From contig CAZJHO010000003.1 in NCBI GenBank assembly GCA_964546015.1, positions 44,027-108,026 of the forward strand: DNA of 64,000 nt. Reading direction: 5' to 3'. The first letter of the stretch is position 1; every line of letters begins with the position of its first letter. Position numbers and translations under genes: made by a program. This DNA is from an uncultured Paludibacter sp. GTDB lineage: Bacteria; Bacteroidota; Bacteroidia; Bacteroidales; Paludibacteraceae. The notes under the pieces were generated by a model. The model was not told the origin of the DNA. It ran no database searches and saw only the letters and a program-made list of their open reading frames with translations. Below, piece after piece: positions 58,544 to 64,000 of the stretch.

Positions 58544-60175
58544 TTATCTGTCAATACAAGGGATTACATAATCTAAAGAAGCCCCAATCATAATTAAATC
58601 CGCTAACTTTTCATTAGTTACAGTCGGATTCAATGCTGCTACTAATGGAATACATGGCGAACGGAACTTTACACGATATGGATTTTTGTCACCTGTGCTC
58701 GAAATATATACACCGAAATCACCACGGGCATTTTCCACGCGTTGGAAATAATCACCTTCAGGTAATTTGATGATGGCTTTTGTTTTAGCACAATAATCGC
58801 CATCAGGCATACTATCAAGCAATTGTTCGATGATTTGAAGCGATTCTTCAATTTCGTCCAAACGAACGATATAACGCTCGAAAGTTCCGCCTTCAGGACG
58901 AGTAACTTCATTGAATTTCACTTTATCATATGCCGCATAAGGGGTTATTTTACGCACATCATTGTGCCAACCAGAAGCGCGTCCGGCAGGACCGGTTACA
59001 CCAATCGAAATAGCTTCTTCCTTACTTAAGAAACCGATATCGCGCATACGACCACGAGCAATCGGGTTATTAGTAAAGAGAATATGGTATTCTTTCAATA
59101 TTTTGCGCATGTATGGAATAAATTCTCTGGTTTTTTTGATAAAATTAGGGTGAATATCTTTGCTCAAACCACCAATAACCGAATAATTACACATTAAACG
59201 ACCACCGCCTGATTCTTCAAAAATATCCATAATTTTCTCACGGTCGCGCATGCCATACACAAACGCTGTGATAGAACCCATATCCATACACATACAACCC
59301 CAACCGAGTAAGTGGGAAGCAATACGCGTTAATTCATCTAAAATCGTGCGGATATAATGCGCACGCTCAGGCACTTCGAGTTCAAGAGCTTTTTCCACAC
59401 AAAGACAAACGGCGTGGCGGTTCATTGTACCCGAAAGGTAATCTAAACGATCAGTCAAATGAAGTATTTGAGGATAAGTGTATCCTTCACACATCTTTTC
59501 GATGCCACGGTGAATATAACCAAAATTAGGGTCAATTTTCTTTACTGTTTCACCATCCAACGATACACGCAAGTGTAAAACTCCGTGTGTAGCAGGGTGT
59601 TGAGGTCCTATATTTACTACATATTCTTGCTCACCAAATAATTGAAATGAACTACCAACCGTACCATCAGGAGTAAGGGTAAGCACCTGAGCAGTTTCCA
59701 TATCGTCAATTGTCTGATTTTTGAGCGACAATGGATTAGAATTCAAATCATAATCTTTACGGAACGGATATCCTTCCCAATCGGCACGCAAGAACAAACG
59801 ACGCATACCCGGATGTCCGATAAAACGGATACCAAAGAAATCAAATACTTCTCTTTCAGCTAAATTAGCTGATTCCCAAAGATCTGCTACCGAAAAAAGC
59901 TTAGGATTTTCTTTATCGGTTATCTTTGTTTTAAGTATTAACGGAAATTGATTATTGGCAGTAGAAAACAGGCGGTAAATAACACCTAACGACTCACCCC
60001 AATCCATTCCGATAAGGTCTTGCAAGTAATCGAATGCCAATTCGGCATCATTTTTCAGAATTTCAGCCACAGCACGGAATTTATCCGAAGGAATAATAGC
60101 TGTAAGAATCGCATCATCACCCCAAATAGCTTCCGGAGCAATCGACATGATTTTATTTTTTATTATTTGATTCAT
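58544..60175 (-). CDS. nuoCD: NADH-quinone oxidoreductase fused subunit C/D
   Basis: N-terminal NuoC (~170 aa: EREVFDFFGIRFIGHP) fused to NuoD (NIGPQHPATHGVLHL ... VIPCIDR). Confidence 0.93.
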   Translation of the reverse strand: MNQIIKNKIMSIAPEAIWGDDAILTAIIPSDKFRAVAEILKNDAELAFDYLQDLIGMDWGESLGVIYRLFSTANNQFPLILKTKITDKENPKLFSVADLWESANLAEREVFDFFGIRFIGHPGMRRLFLRADWEGYPFRKDYDLNSNPLSLKNQTIDDMETAQVLTLTPDGTVGSSFQLFGEQEYVVNIGPQHPATHGVLHLRVSLDGETVKKIDPNFGYIHRGIEKMCEGYTYPQILHLTDRLDYLSGTMNRHAVCLCVEKALELEVPERAHYIRTILDELTRIASHLLGWGCMCMDMGSITAFVYGMRDREKIMDIFEESGGGRLMCNYSVIGGLSKDIHPNFIKKTREFIPYMRKILKEYHILFTNNPIARGRMRDIGFLSKEEAISIGVTGPAGRASGWHNDVRKITPYAAYDKVKFNEVTRPEGGTFERYIVRLDEIEESLQIIEQLLDSMPDGDYCAKTKAIIKLPEGDYFQRVENARGDFGVYISSTGDKNPYRVKFRSPCIPLVAALNPTVTNEKLADLIMIGASLDYVIPCIDR

Positions 60176-60206
60176 CTTAATTTAGTTGTTCCGTAAGAAG
60201 TAAGAA

Positions 60207-60482
60207 TCAATTGGTAGCCCAACGCTTTAATGTAGGAAAGAAAATTTTCATTTGTGCAATAGCTTCCTCTTTGGTCAACTTTTGGTTGTTATCTTTATTA
60301 AACTCATCCAAAAATTGTACACAATGGTTAATCATTTCGTCCATTGTTATTTGTTGAGTAAATGAGCCATCTTTGTAACAGTAAACACAATAGTCTTGAT
60401 TTTTACTGCCACCTTGATTTGTTCCGAATTGCTCTTCGGTTACCATGGGCATACCACAACTTTGACAGATTTTGTTATCCAT
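60207..60482 (-). CDS. Zinc-ribbon domain protein (91 aa) embedded in the nuo operon
   Basis: CQSC...(22 aa)...CVYC four-Cys ribbon at the N-terminus, then a helical tail. Same strand as nuo, 38 nt after nuoB and 31 nt before nuoCD. Confidence 0.65.
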   Translation of the reverse strand: MDNKICQSCGMPMVTEEQFGTNQGGSKNQDYCVYCYKDGSFTQQITMDEMINHCVQFLDEFNKDNNQKLTKEEAIAQMKIFFPTLKRWATN

Positions 60483-60520
60483 AGTTTTTTCTTTTATGTA
60501 GAAGAGAAAGCGTACTTATT

Positions 60521-61117
60521 TTAATGAATCACCGGTTTTTCAGGTAATTTAAAATAATTTTCCAATTTGATTTTTCGTTGTAATTGCATCATACCATATA
60601 ATACGGCATCCGGACGCGGAGGGCAACCGGGAATATATACATCTACCGGAATAATTTCATCCACGCCATTTACTATATTGTATCCATCTCTAAATGGTCC
60701 TCCTGAAACAGCACAACCACCCATGGCAATCACATATTTAGGTTCTGCCATTTGATCGTAAAGGCGTTTAAGTACCGGTGCCATTTTTTGCACAATAGTT
60801 CCTGCTACAAAAACTACATCGGCTTGACGCGGACTGTTACGCGTAACCTCCCATCCGAAACGGGCAAAATCGGCACGGGCTGCACCTACGCACATAAACT
60901 CAATACCACAACAACTGGTGGCAAAAGTCAATGGCCAAACCGAATTTGAACGACCCCAATTAATTAAATCACTTAATTTACCAATAACGATATTCACACC
61001 ACTTTTGCGAAGTTCATCAACATATTTTTCTAAATACTCGTTATCGTTAAATTCTTCGTTGGGAATATTTTTAATATGAATATTTTTTATTTCCATTCCA
61101 ATGCTCCTTTCCTCCAA
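60521..61117 (-). CDS. nuoB: NADH-quinone oxidoreductase subunit B
   Basis: N2-cluster cysteines SCCGIEF ... GGCAVSGGPF ... GCPPRP. The start may be the internal Met at 61096; either start overlaps the nuoA stop. Confidence 0.92.
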   Translation of the reverse strand: MEERSIGMEIKNIHIKNIPNEEFNDNEYLEKYVDELRKSGVNIVIGKLSDLINWGRSNSVWPLTFATSCCGIEFMCVGAARADFARFGWEVTRNSPRQADVVFVAGTIVQKMAPVLKRLYDQMAEPKYVIAMGGCAVSGGPFRDGYNIVNGVDEIIPVDVYIPGCPPRPDAVLYGMMQLQRKIKLENYFKLPEKPVIH

Positions 61118-61437
61118 GCATAAGCAAGACCTAATGCCAAAATGACGATGAAAAACCCGACAGTAATTAATCCTTGTACACCTAAACTATGCATTGCCAC
61201 AGCCCAAGGAAATAAAAAAACGGTTTCGACATCAAACATTAAAAACAAAATCGCAAAGAGGTAATAACCGACTTTGAATGGCAACCACGAGTTTCCACGA
61301 GTTGGAATACCACATTCATAAGGTTCTCCTTTTTGCGAATTAAATGATTTTGGTGCTACAAAATAGCCTATTACCAAAGCTACTATTACCAGAAAAATAG
61401 CTGTGATAAATGCGACTAAAAAAAACGCTTCGTTCAT
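61087..61437 (-). CDS. nuoA: NADH-quinone oxidoreductase subunit A
   Basis: 116 aa, three TM helices, YECGIP and FDVETVFLFPWA motifs. Confidence 0.9.
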   Translation of the reverse strand: MNEAFFLVAFITAIFLVIVALVIGYFVAPKSFNSQKGEPYECGIPTRGNSWLPFKVGYYLFAILFLMFDVETVFLFPWAVAMHSLGVQGLITVGFFIVILALGLAYAWRKGALEWK

Positions 61438-61493
61438 TTTATTTGGGTTACAAATATTTAATAAAATATTCTCTCATTTTTAACAAAACGGCA

Positions 61494-61501
61494 CAAAGAT
61501 A
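61494..61501 (-). promoter_or_regulatory. -7 promoter box TAtcTTTG upstream of the nuo operon
   Basis: Reverse complement of CAAAGATA, 57 nt upstream of the nuoA ATG. Confidence 0.45.
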
Positions 61502-61568
61502 GAATTTACCTTTTAAATTCTACCACAATTGTTGATAATTTTTTTATTGAAACTTTAATCCATTTTGA

Positions 61569-61576
61569 TACCTTTG
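61569..61576 (+). promoter_or_regulatory. -7 promoter box TAccTTTG upstream of tatA
   Basis: Exact TAnnTTTG 37 nt upstream of the tatA ATG. Divergent from the nuo promoter. Confidence 0.45.
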
Positions 61577-61612
61577 TCTCATTCTAAAAACTAACCTTTA
61601 AATTTACTTATT

Positions 61613-61801
61613 ATGAATCTTGGTGGATGGGAAATTTTACTTATTGCGCTTGTAGTTTTATTATTATTTGGTGGAAAAAAAATTCCGGAATTAATGAAAG
61701 GTATCGGAAAAGGAATTAAAAGCTTCAAAGACGGTATGAACGGAATTACCGAAGAAGACGAAAAAAAAGATAAAACAACTTCGGACAAAGATAAAGAATA
61801 A
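61613..61801 (+). CDS. tatA: Twin-arginine translocase subunit TatA/E
   Basis: [39 protein letters not shown], the canonical TatA TM plus amphipathic helix. The opposite-strand ORF is spurious. Confidence 0.88.
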   Translation: MNLGGWEILLIALVVLLLFGGKKIPELMKGIGKGIKSFKDGMNGITEEDEKKDKTTSDKDKE

Positions 61802-61804
61802 GCA

Positions 61805-62611
61805 ATGAGCCAAGCTCAAGAGCAAGAACTGTCATTTTGGGACCATCTTGACGAACTGCGTAAAATCCTTTTCCGAATTCTCATTGTAGTTTTAGTGTTG
61901 ATGGTGGCTGCATTTCTTAATAAAGATTTGTTGTTCGATATTATATTAGCACCACAAAAAAGCGATTTTATCGTTTATCGTTTTTTCTGCTACTTGTCAA
62001 AAATAACAGGAATAATTCAAATTTGTCCTGAAAGTTTTCAAGTAGAATTGATTAATACACAATTGGCTTCTCAATTTCTTGTACACTTGAGTATGTCTTT
62101 TTATGTGGGCATATTACTTACTTTCCCTTACATTTTATATCAGCTATTTAGATTTATTTCTCCGGCATTATACGAAAATGAGCGCAAATACGGATTTAGC
62201 GTCATAACTTTTTCATCATTGCTTTTTTATTTTGGTATCTTGTTCAATTATTTCCTTATTTTTCCTCTATCATTTAGATTTTTAGGAACTTATCAAGTGA
62301 GTAATGAAGTAAAAAACATGATTTCGCTAACATCATACACAGATACTTTATTAATGTTATCCTTGATGCTGGGAATTATGTCCGAACTACCTATATTATC
62401 ATGGCTTTTTGCAAAATTAGGATTTCTAACAAGCGAATTTATGAGTAAATACCGCCGACATGGTATTGTTATAATTTTAATAATCGCTGCCATCATCACT
62501 CCAACTGCCGATGCTTTTACATTGCTATTAGTATCTATGCCCATTTATTTATTATATGAATTAAGCATCGTAATTGTAAAACGAACAAACAAACAAGCTA
62601 TTGAAACTTAA
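61805..62611 (+). CDS. tatC: Twin-arginine translocase subunit TatC
   Basis: SFWDHLDELRKILFR start and six TM helices. 268 aa. Confidence 0.92.
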   Translation: MSQAQEQELSFWDHLDELRKILFRILIVVLVLMVAAFLNKDLLFDIILAPQKSDFIVYRFFCYLSKITGIIQICPESFQVELINTQLASQFLVHLSMSFYVGILLTFPYILYQLFRFISPALYENERKYGFSVITFSSLLFYFGILFNYFLIFPLSFRFLGTYQVSNEVKNMISLTSYTDTLLMLSLMLGIMSELPILSWLFAKLGFLTSEFMSKYRRHGIVIILIIAAIITPTADAFTLLLVSMPIYLLYELSIVIVKRTNKQAIET

Positions 62612-62625
62612 AAAATAATATACTT

Positions 62626-63990
62626 ATGGACAGAAGAAATTTTTTAAAAACAAGTGGAGCCATTGTCGGTAGTGTAATGGCAGCTTCGGCTCTAGGAAAA
62701 ACGCTTACCAATGCTGCCGAAAAAACAGGATCGTCTAAAAAAATCCGCTATGCAATGGTAGGTTGTGGACATCGTGGAACAGGCATGTGGGGACGACAAT
62801 TAGTACAAACCGGCTACAAGCAATACATAGACTTTGTAGGCCTTTGTGACACAAATCCAGGACGGATGGAATATGCCACACGGGTTATGGATATTCCTAA
62901 TTGTCCAACTTACAGCGCTACCGATTTTGACAAAATGCTCAAAGAAACAAAGCCTGATGTAATAATGGTTACTACTCCCGATGCCACTCATAGTGATTAT
63001 ATTATTAGAGCATTAAACGCAGGAGTTAATGTCATCACCGAAAAACCGATGACGACCGATGAAGCAAAATGTCAAGCAATACTTGATGCACAAGCTAAAA
63101 CAGGAAAAAAAGTAACTGTTACTTTTAATTACCGCTACTCTCCCCACCGCGCAAAAATATATGAATTGATTCGTGCCGGTGAAATCGGCGAAATCACTTC
63201 TGTTGATTTTCATTGGTATTTAGATACGAAACACGGGGCGGATTATTTTCGTCGTTGGCATGCCTACCGTAAAAAAAGCGGAAGCCTTTTGGTACATAAA
63301 TCATCTCACCACTTTGATTTATTAAATTGGTGGATCGGCTCAGAGCCAGAAGAAGTATTCTCGTATGGAGCATTAGAATTTTATGGAAAAAACGGAAAGT
63401 TCAAAGCTAAAAATTGCCGCTTATGTAATTATCAGTCCGAATGCGATTTTTATTTTGATTTGACAAAAGAAAAACGCTTGATGGAATTATACGCCGAAAA
63501 TGAAAAATATGACAGTTATTTCCGCGATGGATGCGTATATCGTGAAGATATTGATATTTTTGATAAAATGGCAGTTCAAATTCGCTATATGAATAAAGTA
63601 CAAGTAAGCTATTCGCTTACTACTTACTCGCCATACGAAGGCTACCGGATAGCTTTCAACGGAACTAAAGGACGCCTGGAAGCTTGGATTAAAGAACGCC
63701 AACCATGGGAAGAAGAAGACGGCGATGTAATTTTCTTAACCAAAAATTTCGGTAAACGAAAAATTATCCGCGTAATGCCCGAAGAAGGTGGACACGGCGG
63801 TGGCGACCCGCGCATCCATGCTTACTTGTTTAAAGGCGAAAACCAAGCCGACCCTCTCAAACAAAGTGCCGATGTACGCGCCGGAGCAATGGCTATTTTA
63901 GTCGGTGTGGCTGCCCGTAACAGTATTGATACCGGAAAACCTGTAAAAATAGAATCGCTTACTAGTTTAGTACCTAAAGTGAGTATTTAG
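62626..63990 (+). CDS. Gfo/Idh/MocA-family NAD(P)-dependent oxidoreductase with a Tat signal peptide
   Basis: MDRRNFLKTSGAIVGSVMAASALG twin-arginine leader. Rossmann GxGxxG (MVGCGHRG). EKPM motif (VITEKPMT). Confidence 0.85.
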   Translation: MDRRNFLKTSGAIVGSVMAASALGKTLTNAAEKTGSSKKIRYAMVGCGHRGTGMWGRQLVQTGYKQYIDFVGLCDTNPGRMEYATRVMDIPNCPTYSATDFDKMLKETKPDVIMVTTPDATHSDYIIRALNAGVNVITEKPMTTDEAKCQAILDAQAKTGKKVTVTFNYRYSPHRAKIYELIRAGEIGEITSVDFHWYLDTKHGADYFRRWHAYRKKSGSLLVHKSSHHFDLLNWWIGSEPEEVFSYGALEFYGKNGKFKAKNCRLCNYQSECDFYFDLTKEKRLMELYAENEKYDSYFRDGCVYREDIDIFDKMAVQIRYMNKVQVSYSLTTYSPYEGYRIAFNGTKGRLEAWIKERQPWEEEDGDVIFLTKNFGKRKIIRVMPEEGGHGGGDPRIHAYLFKGENQADPLKQSADVRAGAMAILVGVAARNSIDTGKPVKIESLTSLVPKVSI

Positions 63991-64000
63991 ATTCTTTCTA

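Overview
AT-rich chromosomal window from a Bacteroidota genome, probably Bacteroidales-like. Phylum-level evidence: TAnnTTTG -7 promoter boxes, a T9SS-type C-terminal sorting domain, type III glutamine synthetase, a MurF-Alr fusion, an 11-subunit nuo operon lacking nuoEFG, and the succinate-to-propionate methylmalonyl-CoA decarboxylase operon. About 63 protein genes are densely packed and almost all are housekeeping. Left to right: ligA (5' truncated), FecCD permease, prs, malQ, lepA, sirtuin, murF-alr, tRNA-His, Fur-like regulator + purA, folP, TPP-riboswitch-controlled TonB receptor, rsmG, ROK kinase, uvrB, an orphan AAA ATPase and a T9SS cargo, glnA (GSIII). Next come two divergent biotin-dependent carboxyltransferase modules flanking tRNA-Met genes, then secG/lptE/sigma-54 activator, rseP, dxr, sodB, menB, Crp/Fnr + P1B ATPase, PiT/DUF47, nuoNMLKJIH-CD-B-A, tatAC and a Tat-signal oxidoreductase. 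I see no CRISPR array, transposase, integrase, prophage or recognisable defence or toxin system, and no clearly novel multi-gene system. The points worth a second look are smaller. (1) The chromosomal folP carries Sul1/Sul2-type motifs instead of the canonical DHPS motifs. (2) A promoter-bearing chimeric paralog of the initiator-type tRNA-Met cannot form a cloverleaf. (3) A four-Cys zinc-ribbon ORF sits inside the nuo operon. (4) Several families of short dispersed inverted-repeat elements occupy intercistronic gaps, including three gaps inside nuo. (5) A few catalytic-motif deviations occur: DKTRT in the P-type ATPase, GSYTDA in the sigma-54 activator, and a Cys-less sirtuin. All homology statements rest on motif recognition by eye; no searches were run.
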